DNA from: Lama guanicoe
Taxonomy: Eukaryota
Assembly: GCA_013239625.1 (NCBI GenBank)
Contig: MU053482.1
Location: forward strand, 595,168-659,167
Reading direction: 5' to 3'
Length of the DNA stretch: 64,000 nucleotides
Shown here in pieces: positions 1 through 13,289 of this stretch. A model generated the notes under the pieces. The model had not been told where the DNA came from and searched no databases. It saw only the letters and a program-made list of their open reading frames with translations. A program made the position numbers and the translations under genes. The first letter of the stretch is position 1; every line of letters begins with the position of its first letter.

Positions 1-429
1 TATCATAAATACTTTGCTGATTAAATTAGTCTAGTATTTCCAAATGTTTCTGTTGTTTCGACATTGAAATAAAATGTTTTATTTTTACTCATCTAAAAAA
101 AAAATCTGCCTGTGAAATAGGACTGTCAAAATGTGATCAATCTTATCAATGCTGACAATAAAGTTGACTGAGTACAATCAAGTGGTAAAAGATGTACTAT
201 TTCAGGGGAAAACTAAAATTAATAAAAGATAAAATCTAACAAGAAGAGCTAATAGCAATAAAGCAAAAAAATTATATACAGGTAGGGAAAAAATAACCAA
301 AATTCATAATGGCACTTTAGCATATTTTTTGGAAACAGAGTCAAACAGGCAAAAATAAATAAAGATAGAAAAAGTTAAAATAACACAATTGACCTGTTAC
401 ATCCCATATTCTCCTGCTGCCTGCTCAGT

Positions 430-1360
430 TTCTTTCCCTTCATAGCAAATTGATCAAAAGAATTGTGTACTCTTGCTATCTCCATTTACTTACCTTCCAT
501 TCACTCCTCAACCTAACTTAATCTGACGAATTCCACCATAGCTCCAATGAGACAACAATGACCAAGGTCAACAAAATCTTCTGTGTTGCTAATCCAGTGG
601 AAAGTGTTCAGCATTACCTTATTCTCTCAGTAGGATATGACATGGTTGACTAGTGCCTACTACTTGAACCAATCTCTTCCTTTTGGCTTACAATATGTCA
701 TCACTATTCCCTACCACCTCTTTCTGGTTTTCTTATGCCACTCAAGTGTCTCTTTTCCTCACATTTCTTTCTCTTATTGATTTCTAATGTAATTTCATTG
801 GAGAACATGTAAGCAAGCCATAGAATGCTATCAGAGTGTTCAAATGGGTGAGGGTGCTGACTTAATTCTGGGAGGTCAGAACAGGTCCTTGGAGAAGTGG
901 CTTAATCTGAAATCTGTCAGGCTAATTAGAAAGGACAGAAGTGTGGAGAGGAGTATTATAAACAGAATAAATGGTGTGCACAAAGGTCCCATGGTGAATG
1001 AGAGAGCACAGGGCACTAAAGCAAATGGGAAAAAAAGGGGGCCAGTGTGCTTCCATAATGGTGTATAAATGGAAGGGTGGTGGAATATGAAGCTGGAAAG
1101 ATAAGCAGGATCCACTCCATTGTGGGCTTCATCAACCATGTTAAAGGTTTTGGTCTTTCTTCAGAGACCTTTGGGAAGTCAGCACTCTCATAGCATTCTA
1201 TAGATTTCCTACAGTGTTAGTTGCGTCTTTCTTATGTAATTGAATCATTTCTGTTTGTCTAACAAGATTATAAACTCCATGATGGTGGAAATTATGCCTC
1301 CTTTTGCTCATCTCTGTATCCTTAGCACATTAGGGTTGGATTGACAAGAATGAATGAGGA
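430..1360. mobile_element. Old L2 LINE fragments (both orientations)
   Basis: The stretch 'caaggtcaacaaaatcttctgtgttgctaatccagtgg...' resembles the L2 RT region. Also an L2 3' reverse-strand tract (820-1180) and an L2 tail ending aatgaatga. Confidence 0.6.
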
Positions 1361-1941
1361 ACTCTAATTACTCGTCCAGGAGACAGATGATGATAGTTTG
1401 TACCAGGATGTTGGTAATGAAAAGATATTAGATCTGAAAGATATTTGTGTAAAGTTGACTGATCATGGTGGTGGATTAGATATAAATGGTGAGAGTAGGA
1501 GCATATTAAAGATGATTCTTTATGGAAGCATCTTGTTTTTGGATAATCTCTCAAATTTCTGTGGGAATACCACATTAATTTTACTTATTTTAATATATTG
1601 TCTTTTTCAGCATTAACTGTTTCCTTGGGGATAGTATTTTGTTCAGCTTAGTTTCTCTTTCTGTTTTCTTCAACTGCTTTTTGTCTCTGCCATTTTATCA
1701 TTCTATCATTGCATTGTCTCACATTATTAAGTATTCTTTGAAAATGTAGTTTTTCATGTCTGCCTGTGTATTTGCATTGAGTTAATATATCATAATTGAT
1801 GATTTCTTTACTATTGGCCATATATTCTGTTCCTAATTTTTGCTTTATAAAAAATTGCTATTTTAAACATCTTTATGCCCATGTCTAATTACTAATGTAT
1901 TCCTGAGTATATATTTTTAGAGCTGGATTTATGGGCAGTGG

Positions 1942-2008
1942 ATATATATATACATATATATATATATATACGCACACACACACATACATACATACATGTA
2001 TGTATATA
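1942..2008. repeat. Compound (TA)n/(CA)n/(TACA)n microsatellite
   Basis: Seen directly in the sequence. Confidence 0.9.
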
Positions 2009-2009
2009 A

Positions 2010-4850
2010 TTGAAGTAACATTGGTTTATAACATATAATTTCATGTGTATAATATTATATTCTGACTTCTTTATACACAACAGTGTGTTTACCTTTCATT
2101 ATTCAGTCTTTCAAGGTTGTACAATTCTAAGAATTTTTTCATTTCTTCTAGGTTATCCAGTTTCTTGGCATTATCTGTTCATTGTATTCTCCTATAATCC
2201 TTTGTTTTTCTATGGTATCTGTTGTAATATCTCCTCTTTTGATTCTGATTTTATTTTTCTGAACCTTTTCTCTTTTTTTTCTTAGTAAGTCCAACTAAAG
2301 GTTTGTCAGTTTGGTTTATCTTTTCAAAGAACCAGCTCTTAGTTTCATTGATTTTTTTTTCTACTGTCTTTTTCTTTTCTATTTTGTTTATTTCTTCTCT
2401 GATCTTTATCCTTCCTTATACTGACTTTGGGCAATGTTCTTATTTTTCTGGTTCCTTTAGGTGTATAAAATTAGATTGTTTGAGATTTTTCTTATTTCTC
2501 GAGGTAGGCCTGTCTTGCTTTAAAACTTCTTTCTTAGTACTCTTTTGCTGCATTGCATAGATTTTGATATGTTATATTTTCATTTTAACTTGTCTTCAGG
2601 TAGTTTTTGATTTCTCCTTTGATTTTTTCTTTGACCCGATAGTTGTTTGGTCTCCACATACTTGTGAGTTTCTAGCTTTTTTCTTGTAGTTGATTTCTAG
2701 TTTCATACCATTGTGGTCAGAAAGATGGATGATATGATTTTAGTCTTAAGCTTATTGAGACTTGTTTTGTATTCCAGCATATGGTTCATCTTTTAGAATG
2801 TTCAGTGTGCATTTGAGAAGAATGTGTATTCTGTTGCCTCCATGTAGAATAGTCCTTATAAATCTATTAAATCCATCTAGTCTAATATTTCACTTACGGC
2901 CGCTGTTTTCTTGTTGACTTTCTATCTGGGTGATTTATCTATTGATGTAAGTGGGGTTTTAAAGCCCCCTAAAATTGCTGTGATGCTGTCAATTTCTGCC
3001 TTTAGTTCTGTTATAATTGCTTTATGTGTTTTGGTGCTCCTATGTTAGATGCAAATATCTTAATAACTGTTATATATTCTTGATGACTTGTCCCTTTTAT
3101 CATTAAATAATGTCCATATTTGTTTCTGGCTTAAATTGTATTTTGTATGGCTACATGCACTTTCTTTTAGTTGCCATTTGCATAGAGTATCATCCTCCAC
3201 CCCTTCACTTTGAATCTATGTTTATCTGTAAAGCTGAAGTGAGTCTTCTGGAAGCAGCATATTGTTGGGTCTTGGTTTTTAGTCCATCTGGCTACTCTGT
3301 GTCTTTTGATTGGTGAATGAAGTACATTTACATTTAAGGTGTATTGTTGATGAATGAGAACTTAGTACTGCCATTTTCTCTCTTGTTTTCTGGTTGCTCT
3401 GTATTAGTTGTTTATTCCTAGGCTGACTTAAAAATTCTTTCTTTGTCATTGACTTTTGACAGTTTTACTATACTATGTCTTGGAGAAGGCCTTTTTGCAC
3501 TGAGATAATTAGATGTTCTCTTAGCTTCATGGACTCATAACCCAGTTTCTTCCCCAGATTTGAAAACTTCTCAGTTATTATTTCTTTAAATACAATCTTT
3601 TTTTCTTTCTCCTTCTCTTCTACTGTGGAATACCACTATCATTATGTTGCCCTTACTAATAAAGTTATAGTTCTCAAAAATTTTCTTCATTTAAAAATTT
3701 TTATTTCTATTTCCTCTTCTACTTGTATCATTTCTAGATTTCTGTCTTTGAGCTTGCTTAATTCTCTCTTCAATATGATCTGTTCTATTTCTAACGCTTT
3801 CTAATGTGTTCTTTGTCTCATTTATTGAGGGCTTCAGTTCCAGAATTTCTGTTTGGCTGCTTTGTAGAGTTTTAATCCCTTTGGTAAATTATTCCTTCTG
3901 CTCATTAATTTTATTCCTAAGATCATTGAGTTGCCTCTCTGAGTTTTCTTATACCTCACTGAGTTTCTTCATGACAGCTATTTTGAGTCCTCTATCAGTT
4001 AGATTACATTGTCTTGTGTCTTTAAGTTTGTTTTCTGGAGAATTATGTTATTTTTGTTATTCTGTGTTACTGTGGTTTTTCACGGTGCTTGATAAGTTAT
4101 TTCTGTGCTGGTGCATTTGAAGTAGTGAATAGTTTTCTGGTTTTTCTTACCTTAGCTACATAGGAACATTCACACTTTTCACCCTCCACCTCTTCCAGAG
4201 GTTTTCTCCTGTACCTCATTGTTGTTGCTTGTGCCTCTGTGGTTGCTGATGACTTGCTGCTGTTAGTGTTGCTATTGTCACTGAGATTGCCACCTGGGAG
4301 ACACTGCTGGCAGGTACTTCTGGCTTGTCTGGAGTCATCATGTCCAAGGGCTCTGTCATAGTAAGAATAGGTGGGGGAGGGGAAGCTTGGGTTGTGGGTA
4401 CCTCTGCCATGTTCAAGTTGTCAAATTTGTGGGTGCCAGCACTGCAGGTGGAGGAGCCAGAGTCCTGGGCGCTTCCACTGCTGGAGAAGCAAGTTCTCAG
4501 GCTCTGTTGACGCTATTGCCAGTTCCCTGTGGCTGTGGGCACCATCATGGTTGGGAGGCTGGAGTCATGTGCACTGCTCCACTTCTGCTACTGCATTGTC
4601 TGGGGCTATGGGCTCAGTTGCTGTAGTTGAAGATCCAGGATTGCAGGCACCACTTTCACTGTTAACCTGGTCTACCTCCTTTATGTGTTCCAATCCACCT
4701 ACCTTTTGATGAACAGATGCGTGGATGTCTTTGGTATCCTGGAGTGTTGGTCAAAGGAAACCTTGTAGAGTTATGGATATTTTACTGTTGTAGATTGAAG
4801 AGAGGAGACAAAAGGAGTGTGTTTTGCTGCCATGATGCTACATCACCTGC
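2010..4850 (-). mobile_element. Degenerate, internally deleted LINE-1 (ORF2 endonuclease region, ORF1, 5'UTR)
   Basis: T-rich antisense L1 ORF2 text (ttttcaaagaaccagctcttagtttcattgat; tttgagaagaatgtgtattctg). ORF1-like stretch at 3420-4000, then a GC-richer 5'UTR. Confidence 0.8.
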
Positions 4851-5814
4851 CTCTTCAGCTCTTTTGGTGATTTTCAGCTGGACTGTCCTGTACTGGTAGA
4901 TGGAATGTATTTCTCCAGTGAATGTGAAAATTACAATTTTCCTGAGAACAAATGCAGAGGCTAATTATGAGAAGGCAAGTATACTCATCAGATGGGCTGC
5001 TCTCCTGGTTATCCAGCTACTTAGATTCTCTGTGTGAGGACTCAGTAGCCTTTGTGAAGGCTGGAGGTTATTTGAGAGAATCAGTCTTTTTCTGTTTCAG
5101 TCTCTGATGCTGCCTCTTGGAATTTTACATACAACTATCTCACTCTCTTTAGTGAGAGAATTTTTTTTGTGGCATTATCCCAGAATCAAATGCTGCAGCT
5201 CTGATCACTTGTACTGGTCCAGTTTTTCTGTAGCTCTTTAATTTCTACCCTGAGCACAGCATGAGCATGCCAATTCCCTGATCCAGCTGTCTCTGATCTT
5301 AGGGATTTTTCAGGATATTGTTGGAAAAATTCACTTAAGCAAACTTCCTCTTTCACATATACTGTTTCACATGTCTCTATCTATATCTATCTGTATAATC
5401 TATCTATATATCTACATATATTTGTATTGGGTTTCACATATATGTATATATATTGCTGTCAATTATAGGCCATATATTTTACATTGCCTAGAAATTTCTC
5501 AGCCTTTTTAGTCCATGGAAAATTTTGTTTGAAATGCATAATGTTTGACCCATATACATTAAAGGAATTATAACTTACGTGTGATAATTGTCATGAAAGT
5601 AACTGAGAAAGTTGTCCAAGCGTTGCCTCTGGTCTTTCTCCCTTTCCTTACAAATGGAGTAGAATGAGATAAATGAATCAGGCCCAGATGGTTAAAAAGG
5701 GAATTCTATGACACTTCAAAGACAAATAATGCCAATGATAGGAGAACAATTCCCAAGCTTATAGACAGAAGAAAACCCTCTGAATTATTTTTATAAATGC
5801 TATTGTGTTTAAAA

Positions 5815-6050
5815 GTGAGGGTTTTGGAATCAGGCCACCTGGATTCAAATTCTGGCCTCATCATTTACTAGTAGTACGATATTAAATGAGTTATTTAACC
5901 TCCCTGTGCATCAGTTTCTTACTATTAAAAAAAGAATAATAGCACTGCTTATACTGTTACTATAAGGCATAAGTGAATTAATACATCTAACATTCTTTGG
6001 ATGTTTGGTACAGAGTAAAGTGCATAAGAGATATTTGTTATCATTATTTT
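5815..6050 (+). mobile_element. MIR SINE
   Basis: MIR core 'ggattcaaattctggc...atttactag...agttatttaacctccctgtgcatcagtttct'. Confidence 0.75.
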
Positions 6051-6199
6051 TGCTGTTATTATTATTATTACTACTGCTCCTACTATAACTGACAAATATT
6101 AAAAATAAATGTACATGTTAATCTCACTTATAAATAACTAGGGCACCTTTCTAATTTCAGTTAGCAAATAGAATTCAGAAACATTACAAAATAAAATAC

Positions 6200-7715
6200 A
6201 CAAGTGCCAAGTATGGCTTGTTTCCTATTAAGAAATATTAATATTGTCTTCAGCAAGGATATAGGAAGTGCATTTAATAAATGTATATATCCATTTATGA
6301 CTAAAATTCTTAATAGAGTAGAGATAAGTAGATACTTTTATAGTATGGTAAAGATACATTTCTCATGTCATATTTAGTGGTGTAAAACCTAAAGTATTTT
6401 CACTAAAGCTACGAAAACAGATACCACTTTACTGTGACACTAAATCCACTTTGCTTAATATTGTTATGTCTATGTAAATTCTTGAGATGTGAGAAGAAAA
6501 AAATGAGTTATACAAATTGAGAAAGTGGATGCCTGCTTCTTTGCAAATGATAAAGTATCAAACCTGAAAAACCAAGGTAATCAATTGAGAAACAGTGAAT
6601 AAGTAGAATTATTCCATTATTTAGTTATAAGGTTAATATCCAAAAAAAAATCAGTGCTTTAAAAGTTTTTTTATCAGTATCAATGATTGATATTGATAAC
6701 AGTTACCAGCAATTTTTTTATACATGTGAACAATATGTGGTCAGTTAATATAAAAGAAAAGATGATTTCATATGCAATGGCAACTACAAAAAGATAACAA
6801 ATTGGGCTAGATTTAACAACAAATGTATACTGTTGATCTGAAGAAATCTCTAAAGCCTTTGCCTGATGTATAAAGACTTGAATAAATGAGAAGATGCATT
6901 CTTCTGAGGAAGACTTATTACTGGAAAGAAACATATTGTTCTTAAATTTGTTCTTAAATTTAAGTATACATTCAAGTCAATCTCAATACGTATATGAAGT
7001 TTATGTTTGGAATTGGTCAAGCTGATATAGTCAGGAAAATACATGTCTGAGTAGTCAAGAAAATTACAAAATAGAAGATATGAGCTTGTACTATTCTTGC
7101 AAGATATTCACAAAGAAGAAACTTTATATTTAAAAAGAATTGGTGCTAGTTTATTAACAGGAAGAGTTAAAAGTAAGGGAGTCATACTGACTTTGCCTAT
7201 GATTAAAATGTTATTTAAAATCAGTGGCAAAATAGGTTATTCAAAAACTACATGGCTGTAAGAAAATAATATGACGCTCTACCTTACTTATTCTACCAAA
7301 ATAATTTGCAGAAGGATACAATTTAATAAAAGTAAAAAAACTGATAAAAATACTAGAAGAAAATGAAATTTATTATTATTATTCTTGGTAGTGCTGTTAT
7401 TATTACTGATATGGAGAATGCCATTTTAAGCAAGAAACAACCACATACCAGAAAGGAAAAGATCTGTACATGTGACTACATAAAACTCATTTCTGTAAAT
7501 GAAGAAATGTTTTATATGAAGTCAATAGAAAGGTGTCAACTGTAAAATAAATATTTGCAGCTCCTTTGTGAGATAGAGTACTAATTCATTTAATATATGA
7601 AAAATCTTACAGATAAATATTCAAAAAAACCCAACAACTCAATAGAAAAATAAGGAAATGACCGCAACAGACTGCAGAAAGAATAAGAAGTATAAATAGC
7701 TTGTAAATAAGTGAA
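6200..7715 (+). mobile_element. Ancient L1 (L1M-type) ORF2 3' fragment
   Basis: Highly diverged A-rich L1 ORF2 motifs, e.g. 'aaagacttgaataaatgag' and 'ccaacaactcaatagaaaaat'. Confidence 0.6.
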
Positions 7716-7719
7716 AGTC

Positions 7720-10700
7720 ATTCAGGAAGCAGATGCCAAGATGGAATTAGACATGTAAGAGACGTATTGGAGGAAATGTGTGTGATATAGGAGGAGAAAG
7801 CAATAGGCAAGGAAACCCTTCAGACCACCATGCCTATCTGACACCTGAGAAGGTAGAAAGGGAAGGAAGGATGGGATAAAAAGAGTCTTAGACCACTGTG
7901 AGTTTAAAGAAAATTTTGGCCAGGCATACAGGGAATCCTGAGGAATGGTTGCTAGTTGAGGTAACTCCATAATGGGCTAGACTGTGCCTTCACATGCCTC
8001 AGTCATTGAGGGCAGCCTGGGGAAGGTGTGGCCTCAGTGTGAGCATCCTGGTAGATCCAATCAAGTGGCAGGTGGAGGCTGTCAGTCAACTCTGTTCACA
8101 GAAGGTTTTCTTCAGTAAGATCTAAGTGGTGGATCTCCATAAGGCCAGCAGAGTCTATTTCTTATGCCATGTAGATTTACTTTTCCAAACATGTTTGGAG
8201 GGCAATTCCTTCTTGATGTCTGTGGGCCTCTATTTCTGAAGGGAAATTTAGAAGATGAAAGTTAGAGGTGAATTATAGCCTACATTGCTTCCATTGGTCC
8301 TTGGGATATAATCTAAGGAAATTTCTTCCTTCTTCACTATAAATTCTAGGTTTCCCTTACCCTCAGCTGTCAGGATACCATACCTGTGGATCAGGCATTC
8401 TGTAAGCCTCTAGATACTAGTGCTGATCAAAGCTCTGCAAGCAGAAAAGGTAAACCCATACCTAGGATAGGTATCAATCCCCATATGGATGAAGTGTTGG
8501 ACGTTGCAAGATGGAAGGATTAAAATGAAATTAACTTGCCAACAAGTGTCCATTTGACTTCCTTGAGGAATTGTGCCATATTGGTGGACCAGCATAGGTG
8601 TCTGTTGTTGGAGATTGGACACGCAGAGGGAGCAGTAGGTAGCTTAACCTTGGTAAGTGGAAGTTCCTGTTATTGGGTCCATGCATAGCCTACATATCTA
8701 TTGTGATCATTTCATATATATGCCTGTCATACCAGTTCTTGGGAGGCTGATGAGGAAGAACAGTTAACATGAACTGGTCAAGTCATTTTCCAACCTGATT
8801 GTTTAGGATCTCTTGAGTGGTGGGTGCTTTCTGATGAGCATGTGTGATATAAAGATGTTCACACTTTGTGCCCACTGCCATCTGTCCCTCCACATATTCT
8901 ACCCAAAGCCTTCTTATTTCTGATCTTTTAGTTTATTGCTTTTTGGCCAGCAAGGTTATTGGTGATTGCCTAGGAATCTGCACATATTCTCACCTCACGC
9001 TACTACTCTCTGCATACAAAGCCAATGACTAGGAGCAACATTTGTAGTTTTTTCATTTGGGAAGATTTTCCCCTCTCTACTGCTTTTCAAGGCTATTTAT
9101 GAATGTAGCTTCATTGCAACTACCATCCATTCTCCGGTTGTACCCAATATCAAGCTGACTTGTTCAAAAATCAAGCTTAGCTTTTTCTTCTTCCTTTAGC
9201 TGTTTGTATGTCATCTCCCTCCATAAAGCTATAAATGTGAGCTGGGAGAGGGTTCCTGGTGCAACCATGGTAGGTGACATGTGGGTTGGGGCTACTGCTC
9301 ATGAGTAATACTGTTCCCTATACCTGAACAGGTTTGACCTTGGATATACCATTTCCATTTTTGAATGGATTACTGCTGGGCCTTTCCAACAGCATGCCTT
9401 GGTGGATCCAACATAACCCAGCTCATAATGGGCAATTTCATTCACATGTTCACCCTGTGCCTCATGGTCAAACATTTCATGACTACCAGGAATCAGTGGC
9501 AGACCAGGAGCTGCTCTTCAAAAGGCATATAATTCTCTGTTGCACATGGCATGGCCTTATTCCCAAACCCCTGCATTATGATTCTCTTGCTGGGACTTAC
9601 CATTAACCAAGCATTAAAAAAAAAACAACAAACCTTTTCCTATAATGAGCCATAGTGAATTTTCAAGACTTTGTCAACCATATGTTCTTTGTTTGAACTA
9701 CTCAACTCTGCTTTTGTAGTGTGAAAGCATCTATAGACAACATTCACATGAATGAACATGGCTGTATTTTTATAAAATATTTTTTCCAAAAACAGTGGCA
9801 TACCAGCTCAGCCCAGAAACCATGATTTGCTGATCTCTGCCATGAACTCCACAGTGAATCATTTATCAAAACTGACAACTCAGCAGCATAGGGCCTGCTG
9901 GATCATATGGCTCAGCAGTTGGTCAGCTTCTATCACAGCCTGAACCTGTTGGAGAATCCTTCCTCCTCTGACCCCATTTGGAGACGGCAGACTTCCTTGT
10001 TACCTGATACATGGGCCAGAGAAGTATTCCTAGGTGTGGAATATGTTGCTTTCAGAATGAGTAAAGGCCCACCAGGTGCTGTGCTTTATTTTTCATTGTA
10101 GGGAATGCAAGATGCAGTTATTTGTCTTTTACTTTGAATGGTGTAACTTGACCACTGGGCCCTTAAAAATCTTGTTATGGCAAGTCCCTGAATCTTTGTA
10201 GGGTTTTTCTCTCACCCTCTGGACACATGTCTTAACAAGGCCATGAAGTCTCTCAGCACTTCTTTCTTCTCCTGGTCAATTGACAGGATGTCATCCTATC
10301 AATGATCAATGTGATATTCTGTGGGATTGTCCCCTTTCCTTACCATTATCTTATAGCAGAAAGTGGGAGAGTTAATAAAGCCCTGGGACAAAACAATAAA
10401 TAAATATATTTGTGCCTTTCATGAATGTAAAGTGTTTCTAAAAGTGTCTTATCAGTGAAAGAGAAAAAAATGCATTTGCCAAATCGATGGCAAATGCTAC
10501 GTACCTTAGGCCTTAGCTCTAGCAGTATTACCTTGGCCAGTACAGAACCTACAGTAGGGGCTACCACTGGTTGAGCTTGCAGCAGTTCACAGGAATGTTT
10601 TAGGATCTATCTGTTACTGCAGGAGCCAGACTGGCAAATTAAATGGAGATGTGATAGGGGCAACCACTGCTTTAGGTCTTTAGTGGTGGTAATAATCTTG

Positions 10701-11200
10701 CCTTCCCCTGTGTTGTGATTTTTTTACAAACATGTATTAACTTGCCAGGGTGTAGGGGAATTTTGAAGGCTTCTGCCTACGCTTTCTCATTATTATAACA
10801 CTTACATCATAAGACAAGGACCCCATGGAAGGGTTAGTCCCATTGCCAGTTTTGTCATTCCTTGATTACACACACGGGGACGGGGGACAGACCACTCTAT
10901 GGATCTGTGGGCCCAGTGGACTGATGGTAAGCTTGACTTTAGTCAGGACGCCAGTTATTACCTAGCCCCCAATTATGAATAATGATACTTTGTTTCTCTA
11001 GATGTCAGTGTCAATGCAGACCTCGTGTCCAATAATTCTGAAAATATCTGGGTACTCTCCTTTCCCCAGTGTATATTTATCTGACTAAATACTGGTAGGT
11101 ACTTTTAGGAACCATTACAGTATATGTTTGCCACAGTGCTGCAGGGACCTTAATCCTGAGGACTCAGTCATCTTTTGAGAATGGCTGGAGTGAGTGACCA
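7720..11200 (-). mobile_element. ERV-L remnant: LTR16-like LTR (about 7720-8150) plus degenerate pol (IN, RNase H, RT) and protease region
   Basis: ORF 8410-8622 gives WQVNFILILPS...GIDTYPRYGFTF, an ERV-L integrase WQVDYIGPLP...GIDTYSGYGFAF-like block. The minus strand near 10470-10670 gives AIDLANAFF and TSPFNLPVW, ERV-L RT-like motifs. Confidence 0.8.
9625..9842. mobile_element. MER58-like hAT-Charlie non-autonomous DNA transposon nested in the ERV-L
   Basis: 'actactcaactctgc...tgtagtgtgaaagca...tagacaa...atgaatgaacatggctgt...tttgctgatctctg' matches the MER58 pattern. Confidence 0.7.
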
Positions 11201-11299
11201 AGGGGGACAGAAATAGACCAGAATGGCAATTAAGGGCCATATCACATCACATCACGTCACATTGTATAACACCTTGATGACTCTTGTGGTGACTTTGCC

Positions 11300-11950
11300 T
11301 TTCACACTGAATGAACATGGAGCTACTTCAGGGATTTGAACAAAGGATTGAAATGATCTAGCTTACATTTTAAAAAAGCTTTCTGACTGCTATGTTGGAT
11401 GTGGTTGTGGTGATCTGTTTGAAGGCTATTGAACCTCAGTGCCTGCAGTGGAATGTTGGTAAATGATTGGAGTTTGGATATATTTTTACAGTAGATTCTT
11501 CAGTATTTAGCAATGAATGAGTGGTGAGAAGAAATATGGTTGCTTTAGAGTATTTTTTGGCCCAGGGAATTGAGACAATGGATTTTCCTTTAATGGCAAA
11601 GAGGAAAGCTGTGGGTAAGAGAAGGGTATGAGTGAGAGGATATTTAGAGTCCAGTTTTGAGCATGTTAAGCTTGAGATGTCTTGAAGATATCCAAGTGGA
11701 GGTGGTGAGTAGGCAGTTGCTTGACATTTGGTGACAGATATGGTGAGACATATGTATTAGGAGTCATCGATGTGTAAGTGGTATTTAATGTGATGGGGAC
11801 TGGTAATTCCTAAGAGAGACAGAGAGAGTCTAGTTATAGAAGGAAGACCAAAGATTGAGCCCTTGGGGTATAGCATTGAGAGACTGATGAAAGTTGAAGA
11901 ACCAGCAAAGAAGAGTGATGTAGGAGAAGAGAAGAAATTCATTTATTCTT
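11300..11950 (-). mobile_element. L2 fragment
   Basis: 'gttttgagcatgttaagcttgagatgtc...tatccaagtggaggtggtgagtaggcagttg' is typical antisense L2. Confidence 0.7.
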
Positions 11951-12308
11951 CCTAACAGTATAATCAGAAATGCACTCTAACAGACAGGGCACTTGAACAT
12001 AGAGAGGTTAAAGTACCTGCCTAAGATGTCACAGGCACTAATACTGCAAAGATATCAGAATTAATAATGATCATGATACTATTATTGGTAATACTCACAC
12101 TTTCCTTCACTGTTTTGTCCATCCAGGTGTCACAAGACTACTAGAAAGGGCTGAATGGCTTTTTTAGACCTTCCTGAAGTACTCAAATGATTAAAGAGAA
12201 TTACAATTTTGAATGAAGGGGATAAAATAAAAACTTGTTTGTTTCATATGCCATTTTCCATGGGAAAAGCATCCCAAACCTTAAGGGGGCCAATTTTCAG
12301 ACAAACCC

Positions 12309-12660
12309 TGTCTTAGTCAGCTTTGGCTGCCATAGCAAAACACCATAGAGTAGGTGCCTTAGACAATGGACATTTATTCCTTACAGTTCTAGAGCATCTC
12401 AGATCAAGATATAGCTGATTCAGTTCCTGATGAGCGGTCTCTTCCTGGCTTGCCTTATAGCAGTGTGCTTACATATTCTTCCCTTGATATTAGAAAGATC
12501 TGGTGTCTCTTCTTATAAGGGCATTAATCCAGTCATGACGACCCTTCGTTCATGAACTCATCTCACCCTAATTATCTCCCAAGATCCCCTCTAAAATCAC
12601 ATTGGGAATTAGGGCTTCAACATATGAATTTTGGGGTGACACAAATATTCATCCATAATA
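12309..12660 (-). mobile_element. MaLR solo LTR (MLT1A-like)
   Basis: Runs 'tgtcttagtcagctttggctgccatagcaaaacaccataga...tttatt...' through 'agggcttcaacatatgaattttgggg...acacaaatattca'. Confidence 0.8.
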
Positions 12661-13289
12661 CGCCTCTTTCAGTTGACTTTCCCATGATTATATCCACTCT
12701 TTCAGAGAGAGAGACCTAGTTGAAAACTTTTTAGTGCAAATTTCCATCTTCATTAAAGCAACTCACGTGTTACTCATGTGGTTTGAACTTTGTAACAATC
12801 CATCACCCTCCTAGCCCCATCCCTACAGGCCTTGTGCTCTCTTGCTTAACTTACTTTGGGAATCCCCTAAATCTACTGATGTGATGATGCCTAATTCCTG
12901 TGTTTCTATGATCCCCACTTTCAGTGACTCAGGGAGACCCATTCCACTGACCATGTGAACACTACCTCTATTGACTTTACAATCTGGCCATCTCTAGTCC
13001 TGTGACCTATGCTGAGCCCTTGTCTCCCACTTTTGATGATGATATAATTCTCATCCCTACTCATGCATTCACTCCACTCCACTGTTCCTAAGATCTTTCT
13101 CAGTGACCATAACCCACTGACCCTTTACTCCTGACCCCACCTTGATAGCACTTTACTCTCCACTACTATTACCAAAAAACACATTCACACATAGCCTTCT
13201 TCACTCAATCCCAGCTTATTTCTTGCCAGTTTTGGGGGGATTCTTGACCAGAGACTCTGGATTTCATTTAATAATCACTCTGCTTAAAT

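Noticed and set aside
10472..10497. 9-bp inverted repeat gcatttgcc...ggcaaatgc (hairpin or terminator-like)
   Set aside because: It falls in decayed ERV-L RT codons (AIDLANA) and is probably coincidental.
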